Assembly (NCBI GenBank): GCA_904063045.1
Contig: CAJFCJ010000039.1
Location: 1-64,000 of the forward strand
Direction: 5' to 3'
Origin: Dimorphilus gyrociliatus
Taxonomy: Eukaryota > Animalia > Annelida
Length of the DNA stretch: 64,000 bases
Below are positions 1 through 15,000 of this stretch, piece by piece. How positions within the stretch are numbered: position 1 is the first letter of the stretch; every line of letters starts with the position of its first letter. The translations under genes were made by a program, and so were the position numbers. The notes below the pieces were generated by a model. It was not told the origin of the DNA. It did not search any database and was given only the letters and a program-made list of their open reading frames with translations.

Positions 1-3000
1 TGTGAGACTGAATTTTGTGGTAAATTGTCTGGTGAATAGCCTGTATTGGTTGTTCAATTCCTTGTGAATCCTTAACAATTACATCATTGCCATCCTTATC
101 AGTAATCTGATTGTAACTTTTTCTACATTGTCTGTGATTTCAATGTAACTCTATCAATTTCAACATTATCTCCTTCAGATACTCTGATTTGGACTGTTGG
201 GTTTTCGTCATTTACACTTTCCCATAATGTTGGAGAAGTTGGATAATGTCTTGTGGATTTCCGCTTGATACTGTAATATCATCAGGTTGAATGACCTTGT
301 CATCATCCATGATTTCTTGACAATAAGTGACTGTTGTTGTTGATGGAGAGGTGGTTGTACCACTTGTTGTTCCAGTTGTTGTTCCAGTTGTTGTTCCAGT
401 TGTTGTACCAGTGGTGTTCCAGTGTTGTTCCTGTTGTTGTTGTTTCTAAAAAGTAAGAATAGAGCACAAGTAGAAAATTTACATTTTAAGAAAAAATTTA
501 TATGCTGATTGATTAATGTAAAAATATATATAAATATATACATATCTATATATGTAAAATAAAAAACAAAAAGACAATTTACCTGGTTTAACACAAGCAA
601 GAATTTCCACTTTGGTTGTGACTGGTGTATCTTTGTCAGTTTTGGTGAAGGTCAATGTTACTTTAGTGCCCTTTGTCAATGCTAGATTATCTGGTATATC
701 ATCTGGAGAATATCCATCTTCTGGTTGATCATTTCCATCAGAATCTTTAACAGGAACATCATTGCCATCCTTATCTGTGATAGTGATCTTCACTTTGTCA
801 ACATTTTCAGGATTTATCAATGTTACTCTATCAATTTCTTCATCATCATTTTCAGATATTGTTACTGTGACAGTTGGGTATCGTGTATTAGATTTTGGAA
901 TAATATCTGTTGGTGTTCCACTGCTAGTTTCAATATCATCAGGTTGAATAATGCTCTCTTCATCCATGATTTCTTGACAAAGTGTTGGTGTTGTTGTTGA
1001 TGGTGTTGAAGTTGTACCACTTGTAGTTTTGGTTGTTGTACCAGTAGTTGTACCAGTAGTAGTACCAGTAGTAGTACCAGTAGTTGTTCCAGTAGTTGTA
1101 CCAGTAGTTGTTCCAGTTGTAGTTCCTGTAGTTGTTCTGTTGTTGTTGTCTCTGAATAAGGGTAGAAAAAAATTGAATATTTGTGCATAAATTTTTTGGT
1201 TTTTTTTAGGTTTAAACAAATTAATTTACAAACCTTCCTCAGAACAAGCCAATATTGTTACTTGTGTTTTTACTGGTTCATTTGGAATGACTTTGTGAAT
1301 GTTAAAGTGACTGTGGTAGCAAGTGTGAGACTGAATTTTTGTGGTAAATTGTCTGGTGAATAGCCTGTATCTGGTTGTTCAATTCCTTGTGAATCCTTAA
1401 CAATTACATCATTGCCATCCTTATCAGTGAATCTGATTGTAACTTTTTCTACATTGTCTGGTGATTTCAATGTAACTCTATCAATTTCAACATTATCTCC
1501 TTCAGATACTCTGATTGTGACTGTTGGGTTTTCGTCATTTACACTTTCCATAATGTTGGAGAAGTTGGGATAATGTCTTGTGGATTTCCGCTTGATACTG
1601 TAATATCATCAGGTTGAATGACCTTGTCATCATCCATGATTTCTTGACAATAAGTGACTGTTGTTGTTGATGGAGAGGTGGTTGTACCACTTGTTGTTCC
1701 AGTTGTTGTTCCAGTTGTTGTTCCAGTTGTTGTACCAGTGGTTGTTCCAGTGGTTGTTCCTGTTGTTGTTGTTTCTAAAAAGTAAGAATAGAGCACAAGT
1801 AGAAAATTTTACATTTTAAGAAAAAAATTTATATGCTGATTGATTAATGTAAAAATATATATAAATATATACATATCTATATATGTAAAATAAAAAACAA
1901 AAAGACAATTTACCTGGTTTAACACAAGCAAGAATTTCCACTTTGGTTGTGACTGGTGTATCTTTGTCAGTTTTGGTGAAGGTCAATGTTACTTTAGTGC
2001 CCTTTGTCAATGCTAGATTATCTGGTATATCATCTGGAGAATATCCATCTTCTGGTTGATCATTTCCATCAGAATCTTTAACAGGAACATCATTGCCATC
2101 CTTATCTGTGATAGTGATCTTCACTTTGTCAACATTTTCAGGATTTATCAATGTTACTCTATCAATTTCTTCATCATCATTTTCAGATATTGTTACTGTG
2201 ACAGTTGGGGTATCGTCATTATCACCACTTGTCCATGGTGTATTAGATTTTGGAATAATATCTGTTGGTGTTCCACTGCTAGTTTCAATATCATCAGGTT
2301 GAATAATGCTCTCTTCATCCATGATTTCTTGACAAAGTGTTGTGTTGTTGTTGATGGTGTTGAAGTTGTACCACTTGTAGTTTTGGTTGTTGTACCAGTA
2401 GTTGTACCAGTAGTAGTACCAGTAGTAGTACCAGTAGTTGTTCCAGTAGTTGTACCAGTAGTTGTTCCAGTTGTAGTTCCTGTAGTTGTTCCTGTTGTTG
2501 TTGTCTCTGAATAAGGGTAGAAAAAAATTGAATATTTGTGCATAAATTTTTTGGTTTTTTTTAGGTTTAAACAAAATTAATTTACAAACCTTCCTCAGAA
2601 CAAGCCAATATTGTTACTTGTGTTTTTACTGGTTCATTTGGAATGACCTTTGTGAATGTTAAAGTGACTGTGGTAGCAAGTGTGAGACTGAATTTTTGTG
2701 GTAAATTGTCTGGTGAATAGCCTGTATCTGGTTGTTCAATTCCTTGTGAATCCTTAACAATTACATCATTGCCATCCTTATCAGTGAATCTGATTGTAAC
2801 TTTTTCTACATTGTCTGGTGATTTCAATGTAACTCTATCAATTTCAACATTATCTCCTTCAGATACTCTGATTGTGACTGTTGGGTTTTCGTCATTTACA
2901 CTTTCCCATAATGTTGGAGAAGTTGGGATAATGTCTTGTGGATTTCCGCTTGATACTGTAATATCATCAGGTTGAATGACCTTGTCATCATCCATGATTT

Positions 3001-6000
3001 CTTGACAATAAGTGACTGTTGTTGTTGATGGAGAGGTGGTTGTACCACTTGTTGTTCCAGTTGTTGTTCCAGTTGTTGTTCCAGTTGTTGTACCAGTGGT
3101 TGTTCCAGTGGTTGTTCCTGTTGTTGTTGTTTCTAAAAAGTAAGAATAGAGCACAAGTAGAAAATTTTACATTTTAAGAAAAAATTTATATGCTGATTGA
3201 TTAATGTAAAAATATATATAAATATATACATATCTATATATGTAAAATAAAAAACAAAAAGACAATTTACCTGGTTTAACACAAGCAAGAATTTCCACTT
3301 TGGTTGTGACTGGTGTATCTTTGTCAGTTTTGGTGAAGGTCAATGTTACTTTAGTGCCCTTTGTCAATGCTAGATTATCTGGTATATCATCTGGAGAATA
3401 TCCATCTTCTGGTTGATCATTTCCATCAGAATCTTTAACAGGAACATCATTGCCATCCTTATCTGTGATAGTGATCTTCACTTTGTCAACATTTTCAGGA
3501 TTTATCAATGTTACTCTATCAATTTCTTCATCATCATTTTCAGATATTGTTACTGTGACAGTTGGGGTATCGTCATTATCACCACTTGTCCATGGTGTAT
3601 TAGATTTTGGAATAATATCTGTTGGTGTTCCACTGCTAGTTTCAATATCATCAGGTTGAATAATGCTCTCTTCATCCATGATTTCTTGACAAAGTGTTGG
3701 TGTTGTTGTTGATGGTGTTGAAGTTGTACCACTTGTAGTTTTGGTTGTTGTACCAGTAGTTGTACCAGTAGTAGTACCAGTAGTAGTACCAGTAGTTGTT
3801 CCAGTAGTTGTACCAGTAGTTGTTCCAGTTGTAGTTCCTGTAGTTGTTCCTGTTGTTGTTGTCTCTGAATAAGGGTAGAAAAAAATTGAATATTTGTGCA
3901 TAAATTTTTTGGTTTTTTTTAGGTTTAAACAAAATTAATTTACAAACCTTCCTCAGAACAAGCCAATATTGTTACTTGTGTTTTTACTGGTTCATTTGGA
4001 ATGACCTTTGTGAATGTTAAAGTGACTGTGGTAGCAAGTGTGAGACTGAATTTTTGTGGTAAATTGTCTGGTGAATAGCCTGTATCTGGTTGTTCAATTC
4101 CTTGTGAATCCTTAACAATTACATCATTGCCATCCTTATCAGTGAATCTGATTGTAACTTTTTCTACATTGTCTGGTGATTTCAATGTAACTCTATCAAT
4201 TTCAACATTATCTCCTTCAGATACTCTGATTGTGACTGTTGGGTTTTCGTCATTTACACTTTCCCATAATGTTGGAGAAGTTGGGATAATGTCTTGTGGA
4301 TTTCCGCTTGATACTGTAATATCATCAGGTTGAATGACCTTGTCATCATCCATGATTTCTTGACAATAAGTGACTGTTGTTGTTGATGGAGAGGTGGTTG
4401 TACCACTTGTTGTTCCAGTTGTTGTTCCAGTTGTTGTTCCAGTTGTTGTACCAGTGGTTGTTCCAGTGGTTGTTCCTGTTGTTGTTGTTTCTAAAAAGTA
4501 AGAATAGAGCACAAGTAGAAAATTTTACATTTTAAGAAAAAAATTTATATGCTGATTGATTAATGTAAAAATATATATAAATATATACATATCTATATAT
4601 GTAAAATAAAAAACAAAAAGACAATTTACCTGGTTTAACACAAGCAAGAATTTCCACTTTGGTTGTGACTGGTGTATCTTTGTCAGTTTTGGTGAAGGTC
4701 AATGTTACTTTAGTGCCCTTTGTCAATGCTAGATTATCTGGTATATCATCTGGAGAATATCCATCTTCTGGTTGATCATTTCCATCAGAATCTTTAACAG
4801 GAACATCATTGCCATCCTTATCTGTGATAGTGATCTTCACTTTGTCAACATTTTCAGGATTTATCAATGTTACTCTATCAATTTCTTCATCATCATTTTC
4901 AGATATTGTTACTGTGACAGTTGGGGTATCGTCATTATCACCACTTGTCCATGGTGTATTAGATTTTGGAATAATATCTGTTGGTGTTCCACTGCTAGTT
5001 TCAATATCATCAGGTTGAATAATGCTCTCTTCATCCATGATTTCTTGACAAAGTGTTGGTGTTGTTGTTGATGGTGTTGAAGTTGTACCACTTGTAGTTT
5101 TGGTTGTTGTACCAGTAGTTGTACCAGTAGTTGTACCAGTAGTAGTACCAGTAGTTGTTCCAGTTGTTGTTCCAGTTGTTGTACCAGTAGTTGTTCCAGT
5201 TGTAGTACCAGTAGTTGTACCAGTGGTTGTTCCAGTTGTTGTTCCTGTTGTTGTTCCTGTAGTAGTACCTGTAGTTGTACCAGTAGTTGTTCCTGTTGTT
5301 GTACCAGTTGTGGTACCTGTTGTTGTTCCAGTAGTTGTACCTGTTGTTGTACCTGTAGTTGTACCAGTAGTAGTACCAGTAGTTGTACCAGTAGTTGTTC
5401 CAGTTGTAGTTCCTGTAGTTGTTCCTGTTGTTGTTGTCTCTGAATAAGGGTAGAAAAAAATTGAATATTTGTGCATAAATTTTTTGGTTTTTTTTAGGTT
5501 TAAACAAAATTAATTTACAAACCTTCCTCAGAACAAGCCAATATTGTTACTTGTGTTTTTACTGGTTCATTTGGAATGACCTTTGTGAATGTTAAAGTGA
5601 CTGTGGTAGCAAGTGTGAGACTGAATTTTTGTGGTAAATTGTCTGGTGAATAGCCTGTATCTGGTTGTTCAATTCCTTGTGAATCCTTAACAATTACATC
5701 ATTGCCATCCTTATCAGTGAATCTGATTGTAACTTTTTCTACATTGTCTGGTGATTTCAATGTAACTCTATCAATTTCAACATTATCTCCTTCAGATACT
5801 CTGATTGTGACTGTTGGGTTTTCGTCATTTACACTTTCCCATAATGTTGGAGAAGTTGGGATAATGTCTTGTGGATTTCCGCTTGATACTGTAATATCAT
5901 CAGGTTGAATGACCTTGTCATCATCCATGATTTCTTGACAATAAGTGACTGTTGTTGTTGATGGAGAGGTGGTTGTACCACTTGTTGTTCCAGTTGTTGT

Positions 6001-9000
6001 TCCAGTTGTTGTTCCAGTTGTTGTACCAGTGGTTGTTCCAGTGGTTGTTCCTGTTGTTGTTGTTTCTAAAAAGTAAGAATAGAGCACAAGTAGAAAATTT
6101 TACATTTTAAGAAAAAAATTTATATGCTGATTGATTAATGTAAAAATATATATAAATATATACATATCTATATATGTAAAATAAAAAACAAAAAGACAAT
6201 TTACCTGGTTTAACACAAGCAAGAATTTCCACTTTGGTTGTGACTGGTGTATCTTTGTCAGTTTTGGTGAAGGTCAATGTTACTTTAGTGCCCTTTGTCA
6301 ATGCTAGATTATCTGGTATATCATCTGGAGAATATCCATCTTCTGGTTGATCATTTCCATCAGAATCTTTAACAGGAACATCATTGCCATCCTTATCTGT
6401 GATAGTGATCTTCACTTTGTCAACATTTTCAGGATTTATCAATGTTACTCTATCAATTTCTTCATCATCATTTTCAGATATTGTTACTGTGACAGTTGGG
6501 GTATCGTCATTATCACCACTTGTCCATGGTGTATTAGATTTTGGAATAATATCTGTTGGTGTTCCACTGCTAGTTTCAATATCATCAGGTTGAATAATGC
6601 TCTCTTCATCCATGATTTCTTGACAAAGTGTTGGTGTTGTTGTTGATGGTGTTGAAGTTGTACCACTTGTAGTTTTGGTTGTTTCATAGTTGTACCAGTA
6701 GTTGTACCAGTAGTAGTACCAGTAGTTGTTCATTGTTGTTCCAGTTTGTACCAGTAGTTTTCCAGTTGTACAGTAGTTGTACCAGTGGTTGTTCCAGTTG
6801 TTGTTCTTGTTTTCCTTAGTAGTACTGTATTTCAGTAGTTTTTTTGTTGTACATTTGTACTGTTGTTTTCCAGTAGTTGTACCTTTGTTTACTGTAGTTT
6901 ACCAGTAGTAGTACCAGTAGTTGTACCAGTAGTTGTTCCAGTTGTAGTTCCTGTAGTTGTTCCTGTTGTTGTTGTCTCTGAATAAGGGTAGAAAAAAATT
7001 GAATATTTGTGCATAAATTTTTTGGTTTTTTTTAGGTTTAAACAAAATTAATTTACAAACCTTCCTCAGAACAAGCCAATATTGTTACTTGTGTTTTTAC
7101 TGGTTCATTTGGAATGACCTTTGTGAATGTTAAAGTGACTGTGGTAGCAAGTGTGAGACTGAATTTTTGTGGTAAATTGTCTGGTGAATAGCCTGTATCT
7201 GGTTGTTCAATTCCTTGTGAATCCTTAACAATTACATCATTGCCATCCTTATCAGTGAATCTGATTGTAACTTTTTCTACATTGTCTGGTGATTTCAATG
7301 TAACTCTATCAATTTCAACATTATCTCCTTCAGATACTCTGATTGTGACTGTTGGGTTTTCGTCATTTACACTTTCCCATAATGTTGGAGAAGTTGGGAT
7401 AATGTCTTGTGGATTTCCGCTTGATACTGTAATATCATCAGGTTGAATGACCTTGTCATCATCCATGATTTCTTGACAATAAGTGACTGTTGTTGTTGAT
7501 GGAGAGGTGGTTGTACCACTTGTTGTTCCAGTTGTTGTTCCAGTTGTTGTTCCAGTTGTTGTTCCAGTTGTTGTACCAGTGGTTGTTCCAGTGGTTGTTC
7601 CTGTTGTTGTTGTTTCTAAAAAGTAAGAATAGAGCACAAGTAGAAAATTTTACATTTTAAGAAAAAAATTTATATGCTGATTGATTAATGTAAAAATATA
7701 TATAAATATATACATATCTATATATGTAAAATAAAAAACAAAAAGACAATTTACCTGGTTTAACACAAGCAAGAATTTCCACTTTGGTTGTGACTGGTGT
7801 ATCTTTGTCAGTTTTGGTGAAGGTCAATGTTACTTTAGTGCCCTTTGTCAATGCTAGATTATCTGGTATATCATCTGGAGAATATCCATCTTCTGGTTGA
7901 TCATTTCCATCAGAATCTTTAACAGGAACATCATTGCCATCCTTATCTGTGATAGTGATCTTCACTTTGTCAACATTTTCAGGATTTATCAATGTTACTC
8001 TATCAATTTCTTCATCATCATTTTCAGATATTGTTACTGTGACAGTTGGGGTATCGTCATTATCACCACTTGTCCATGGTGTATTAGATTTTGGAATAAT
8101 ATCTGTTGGTGTTCCACTGCTAGTTTCAATATCATCAGGTTGAATAATGCTCTCTTCATCCATGATTTCTTGACAAAGTGTTGGTGTTGTTGTTGATGGT
8201 GTTGAAGTTGTACCACTTGTAGTTTTGGTTGTTGTACCAGTAGTTGTACCAGTAGTTGTACCAGTAGTAGTACCAGTAGTTGTTCCAGTTGTTGTTCCAG
8301 TTGTTGTACCAGTAGTTGTTCCAGTTGTAGTACCAGTAGTTGTACCAGTGGTTGTTCCAGTTGTTGTTCCTGTTGTTGTTCCTGTAGTAGTACCTGTAGT
8401 TGTACCAGTAGTTGTTCCTGTTGTTGTACCAGTTGTGGTACCTGTTGTTGTTCCAGTAGTTGTACCTGTTGTTGTACCTGTAGTTGTACCAGTAGTAGTA
8501 CCAGTAGTTGTACCAGTAGTTGTTCCAGTTGTAGTTCCTGTAGTTGTTCCTGTTGTTGTTGTCTCTGAATAAGGGTAGAAAAAAATTGAATATTTGTGCA
8601 TAAATTTTTTGGTTTTTTTTAGGTTTAAACAAAATTAATTTACAAACCTTCCTCAGAACAAGCCAATATTGTTACTTGTGTTTTTACTGGTTCATTTGGA
8701 ATGACCTTTGTGAATGTTAAAGTGACTGTGGTAGCAAGTGTGAGACTGAATTTTTGTGGTAAATTGTCTGGTGAATAGCCTGTATCTGGTTGTTCAATTC
8801 CTTGTGAATCCTTAACAATTACATCATTGCCATCCTTATCAGTGAATCTGATTGTAACTTTTTCTACATTGTCTGGTGATTTCAATGTAACTCTATCAAT
8901 TTCAACATTATCTCCTTCAGATACTCTGATTGTGACTGTTGGGTTTTCGTCATTTACACTTTCCCATAATGTTGGAGAAGTTGGGATAATGTCTGTGGAT

Positions 9001-12000
9001 TTCCGCTTGATACTGTAATATCATCAGTTGAATGACCTTGTCATCATCCATGATTTCTTGACAATAAGTGACTGTTGTTGTTGATGGAGAGGTGGTTGTA
9101 CCACTTGTTGTTCCAGTTGTTGTTCCAGTTGTTGTTCCAGTTGTTGTTCCAGTTGTTGTACCAGTGGTTGTTCCAGTGGTTGTTCCTGTTGTTGTTGTTT
9201 CTAAAAAGTAAGAATAGAGCACAAGTAGAAAATTTTACATTTTAAGAAAAAAATTAATATGCTGATTGATTAATGTAAAAAATATATATAAATATACATA
9301 TCTATATATGTAAAATAAAAAACAAAAAGACAATTTACCTGGTTTAACACAAGCAAGAATTTCCACTTTGGTTGTGACTGGTGTATCTTTGTCAGTTTTG
9401 GTGAAGGTCAATGTTACTTTAGTGCCCTTTGTCATGCTAGATTATCTGGTATATCATCTGGAGATATCCATCTTCTGGTTGATCATTTCCATCAGAATCT
9501 TTAACAGGAACATCATTGCATCCTTATCTGTGATAGTGATCTTTCACTTTGTCAACATTTTTCAGGATTTATCAATGTTACTCTATCAATTTCTTCATCA
9601 TCATTTCAGATATTGTTACTGTGACAGTTGGGGTATCGTCATTATCACCACTTGTCCATGGTGTATTAGATTTTGGAATAATATCTGTTGTGTTCCACTG
9701 CTAGTTTCAATATCATCAGGTTGAATAATGCTCTCTTCATCCATGATTTCTTGACAAAGTGTTGGTGTTTTGTTGATGGTGTTGAAGTTGTACCACTTGT
9801 AGTTTTGGTTGTTGTACCAGTAGTTGTACCAGTAGTTGTACCAGTAGTAGTACCAGTAGTTGTTCCAGTTGTTGTTCCAGTTGTTGTACCAGTAGTTGTT
9901 CCAGTTGTAGTACCAGTAGTTGTACCAGTGGTTGTTCCAGTTGTTGTTCCTGTTGTTGTTCCTGTAGTAGTACCTGTAGTTGTACCAGTAGTTGTTCCTG
10001 TTGTTGTACCAGTTGTGGTACCTGTTGTTGTTCCAGTAGTTGTACCTGTTGTTGTACCTGTAGTTGTACCAGTAGTAGTACCAGTAGTTGTACCAGTAGT
10101 TGTTCCAGTTGTAGTTCCTGTAGTTGTTCCTGTTGTTGTTGTCTCTGAATAAGGGTAGAAAAAAATTGAATATTTGTGCATAAATTTTTTGGTTTTTTTT
10201 AGGTTTAAACAAAATTAATTTACAAACCTTCCTCAGAACAAGCCAATATTGTTACTTGTGTTTTTACTGGTTCATTTGGAATGACCTTTGTGAATGTTAA
10301 AGTGACTGTGGTAGCAAGTGTGAGACTGAATTTTTGTGGTAAATTGTCTGGTGAATAGCCTGTATCTGGTTGTTCAATTCCTTGTGAATCCTTAACAATT
10401 ACATCATTGCCATCCTTATCAGTGAATCTGATTGTAACTTTTTCTACATTGTCTGGTGATTTCAATGTAACTCTATCAATTTCAACATTATCTCCTTCAG
10501 ATACTCTGATTGTGACTGTTGGGTTTTCGTCATTTACACTTTCCCATAATGTTGGAGAAGTTGGGATAATGTCTTGTGGATTTCCGCTTGATACTGTAAT
10601 ATCATCAGGTTGAATGACCTTGTCATCATCCATGATTTCTTGACAATAAGTGACTGTTGTTGTTGATGGAGAGGTGGTTGTACCACTTGTTGTTCCAGTT
10701 GTTGTTCCAGTTGTTGTTCCAGTTGTTGTTCCAGTTGTTGTACCAGTGGTTGTTCCAGTGGTTGTTCCTGTTGTTGTTGTTTCTAAAAAGTAAGAATAGA
10801 GCACAAGTAGAAAATTTTACATTTTAAGAAAAAAATTTATATGCTGATTGATTAATGTAAAAATATATATAAATATATACATATCTATATATGTAAAATA
10901 AAAAACAAAAAGACAATTTACCTGGTTTAACACAAGCAAGAATTTCCACTTTGGTTGTGACTGGTGTATCTTTGTCAGTTTTGGTGAAGGTCAATGTTAC
11001 TTTAGTGCCCTTTGTCAATGCTAGATTATCTGGTATATCATCTGGAGAATATCCATCTTCTGGTTGATCATTTCCATCAGAATCTTTAACAGGAACATCA
11101 TTGCCATCCTTATCTGTGATAGTGATCTTCACTTTGTCAACATTTTCAGGATTTATCAATGTTACTCTATCAATTTCTTCATCATCATTTTCAGATATTG
11201 TTACTGTGACAGTTGGGGTATCGTCATTATCACCACTTGTCCATGGTGTATTAGATTTTGGAATAATATCTGTTGGTGTTCCACTGCTAGTTTCAATATC
11301 ATCAGGTTGAATAATGCTCTCTTCATCCATGATTTCTTGACAAAGTGTTGGTGTTGTTGTTGATGGTGTTGAAGTTGTACCACTTGTAGTTTTGGTTGTT
11401 GTACCAGTAGTTGTACCAGTAGTAGTACCAGTAGTAGTACCAGTAGTTGTTCCAGTAGTTGTACCAGTAGTTGTTCCAGTTGTAGTTCCTGTAGTTGTTC
11501 CTGTTGTTGTTGTCTCTGAATAAGGGTAGAAAAAAATTGAATATTTGTGCATAAATTTTTTGGTTTTTTTTAGGTTTAAACAAAATTAATTTACAAACCT
11601 TCCTCAGAACAAGCCAATATTGTTACTTGTGTTTTTACTGGTTCATTTGGAATGACCTTTGTGAATGTTAAAGTGACTGTGGTAGCAAGTGTGAGACTGA
11701 ATTTTTGTGGTAAATTGTCTGGTGAATAGCCTGTATCTGGTTGTTCAATTCCTTGTGAATCCTTAACAATTACATCATTGCCATCCTTATCAGTGAATCT
11801 GATTGTAACTTTTTCTACATTGTCTGGTGATTTCAATGTAACTCTATCAATTTCAACATTATCTCCTTCAGATACTCTGATTGTGACTGTTGGGTTTTCG
11901 TCATTTACACTTTCCCATAATGTTGGAGAAGTTGGGATAATGTCTTGTGGATTTCCGCTTGATACTGTAATATCATCAGGTTGAATGACCTTGTCATCAT

Positions 12001-15000
12001 CCATGATTTCTTGACAATAAGTGACTGTTGTTGTTGATGGAGAGGTGGTTGTACCACTTGTTGTTCCAGTTGTTGTTCCAGTTGTTGTTCCAGTTGTTGT
12101 TCCAGTTGTTGTACCAGTGGTTGTTCCAGTGGTTGTTCCTGTTGTTGTTGTTTCTAAAAAGTAAGAATAGAGCACAAGTAGAAAATTTTACATTTTAAGA
12201 AAAAAATTTATATGCTGATTGATTAATGTAAAAATATATATAAATATATACATATCTATATATGTAAAATAAAAAACAAAAAGACAATTTACCTGGTTTA
12301 ACACAAGCAAGAATTTCCACTTTGGTTGTGACTGGTGTATCTTTGTCAGTTTTGGTGAAGGTCAATGTTACTTTAGTGCCCTTTGTCAATGCTAGATTAT
12401 CTGGTATATCATCTGGAGAATATCCATCTTCTGGTTGATCATTTCCATCAGAATCTTTAACAGGAACATCATTGCCATCCTTATCTGTGATAGTGATCTT
12501 CACTTTGTCAACATTTTCAGGATTTATCAATGTTACTCTATCAATTTCTTCATCATCATTTTCAGATATTGTTACTGTGACAGTTGGGGTATCGTCATTA
12601 TCACCACTTGTCCATGGTGTATTAGATTTTGGAATAATATCTGTTGGTGTTCCACTGCTAGTTTCAATATCATCAGGTTGAATAATGCTCTCTTCATCCA
12701 TGATTTCTTGACAAAGTGTTGGTGTTGTTGTTGATGGTGTTGAAGTTGTACCACTTGTAGTTTTGGTTGTTGTACCAGTAGTTGTACCAGTAGTTGTACC
12801 AGTAGTAGTACCAGTAGTTGTTCCAGTTGTTGTTCCAGTTGTTGTACCAGTAGTTGTTCCAGTTGTAGTACCAGTAGTTGTACCAGTGGTTGTTCCAGTT
12901 GTTGTTCCTGTTGTTGTTCCTGTAGTAGTACCTGTAGTTGTACCAGTAGTTGTTCCTGTTGTTGTACCAGTTGTGGTACCTGTTGTTGTTCCAGTAGTTG
13001 TACCTGTTGTTGTACCTGTAGTTGTACCAGTAGTAGTACCAGTAGTTGTACCAGTAGTTGTTCCAGTTGTAGTTCCTGTAGTTGTTCCTGTTGTTGTTGT
13101 CTCTGAATAAGGGTAGAAAAAAATTGAATATTTGTGCATAAATTTTTTGGTTTTTTTTAGGTTTAAACAAAATTAATTTACAAACCTTCCTCAGAACAAG
13201 CCAATATTGTTACTTGTGTTTTTACTGGTTCATTTGGAATGACCTTTGTGAATGTTAAAGTGACTGTGGTAGCAAGTGTGAGACTGAATTTTTGTGGTAA
13301 ATTGTCTGGTGAATAGCCTGTATCTGGTTGTTCAATTCCTTGTGAATCCTTAACAATTACATCATTGCCATCCTTATCAGTGAATCTGATTGTAACTTTT
13401 TCTACATTGTCTGGTGATTTCAATGTAACTCTATCAATTTCAACATTATCTCCTTCAGATACTCTGATTGTGACTGTTGGGTTTTCGTCATTTACACTTT
13501 CCCATAATGTTGGAGAAGTTGGGATAATGTCTTGTGGATTTCCGCTTGATACTGTAATATCATCAGGTTGAATGACCTTGTCATCATCCATGATTTCTTG
13601 ACAATAAGTGACTGTTGTTGTTGATGGAGAGGTGGTTGTACCACTTGTTGTTCCAGTTGTTGTTCCAGTTGTTGTTCCAGTTGTTGTACCAGTGGTTGTT
13701 CCAGTGGTTGTTCCTGTTGTTGTTGTTTCTAAAAAGTAAGAATAGAGCACAAGTAGAAAATTTTACATTTTAAGAAAAAAATTTATATGCTGATTGATTA
13801 ATGTAAAAATATATATAAATATATACATATCTATATATGTAAAATAAAAAACAAAAAGACAATTTACCTGGTTTAACACAAGCAAGAATTTCCACTTTGG
13901 TTGTGACTGGTGTATCTTTGTCAGTTTTGGTGAAGGTCAATGTTACTTTAGTGCCCTTTGTCAATGCTAGATTATCTGGTATATCATCTGGAGAATATCC
14001 ATCTTCTGGTTGATCATTTCCATCAGAATCTTTAACAGGAACATCATTGCCATCCTTATCTGTGATAGTGATCTTCACTTTGTCAACATTTTCAGGATTT
14101 ATCAATGTTACTCTATCAATTTCTTCATCATCATTTTCAGATATTGTTACTGTGACAGTTGGGGTATCGTCATTATCACCACTTGTCCATGGTGTATTAG
14201 ATTTTGGAATAATATCTGTTGGTGTTCCACTGCTAGTTTCAATATCATCAGGTTGAATAATGCTCTCTTCATCCATGATTTCTTGACAAAGTGTTGGTGT
14301 TGTTGTTGATGGTGTTGAAGTTGTACCACTTGTAGTTTTGGTTGTTGTACCAGTAGTTGTACCAGTAGTTGTACCAGTAGTAGTACCAGTAGTTGTTCCA
14401 GTTGTTGTTCCAGTTGTTGTACCAGTAGTTGTTCCAGTTGTAGTACCAGTAGTTGTACCAGTGGTTGTTCCAGTTGTTGTTCCTGTTGTTGTTCCTGTAG
14501 TAGTACCTGTAGTTGTACCAGTAGTTGTTCCTGTTGTTGTACCAGTTGTGGTACCTGTTGTTGTTCCAGTAGTTGTACCTGTTGTTGTACCTGTAGTTGT
14601 ACCAGTAGTAGTACCAGTAGTTGTACCAGTAGTTGTTCCAGTTGTAGTTCCTGTAGTTGTTCCTGTTGTTGTTGTCTCTGAATAAGGGTAGAAAAAAATT
14701 GAATATTTGTGCATAAATTTTTTGGTTTTTTTTAGGTTTAAACAAAATTAATTTACAAACCTTCCTCAGAACAAGCCAATATTGTTACTTGTGTTTTTAC
14801 TGGTTCATTTGGAATGACCTTTGTGAATGTTAAAGTGACTGTGGTAGCAAGTGTGAGACTGAATTTTTGTGGTAAATTGTCTGGTGAATAGCCTGTATCT
14901 GGTTGTTCAATTCCTTGTGAATCCTTAACAATTACATCATTGCCATCCTTATCAGTGAATCTGATTGTAACTTTTTCTACATTGTCTGGTGATTTCAATG

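Noticed and set aside
860-900. Apparent ~24-nt deletion removing PWTSGDNDD in the leftmost B exon
   Set aside because: It sits in one of the error-rich units at the window edge and cannot be distinguished from a consensus artefact.
4536-4553. Short hairpin/palindromic AT tracts (e.g. TACATAT-CTAT-ATATGTA ~45 nt further into the same intron) repeated in every 139-nt intron
   Set aside because: Low-complexity AT sequence forms such stems by chance, and recurrence is explained by array homogenisation rather than selection.
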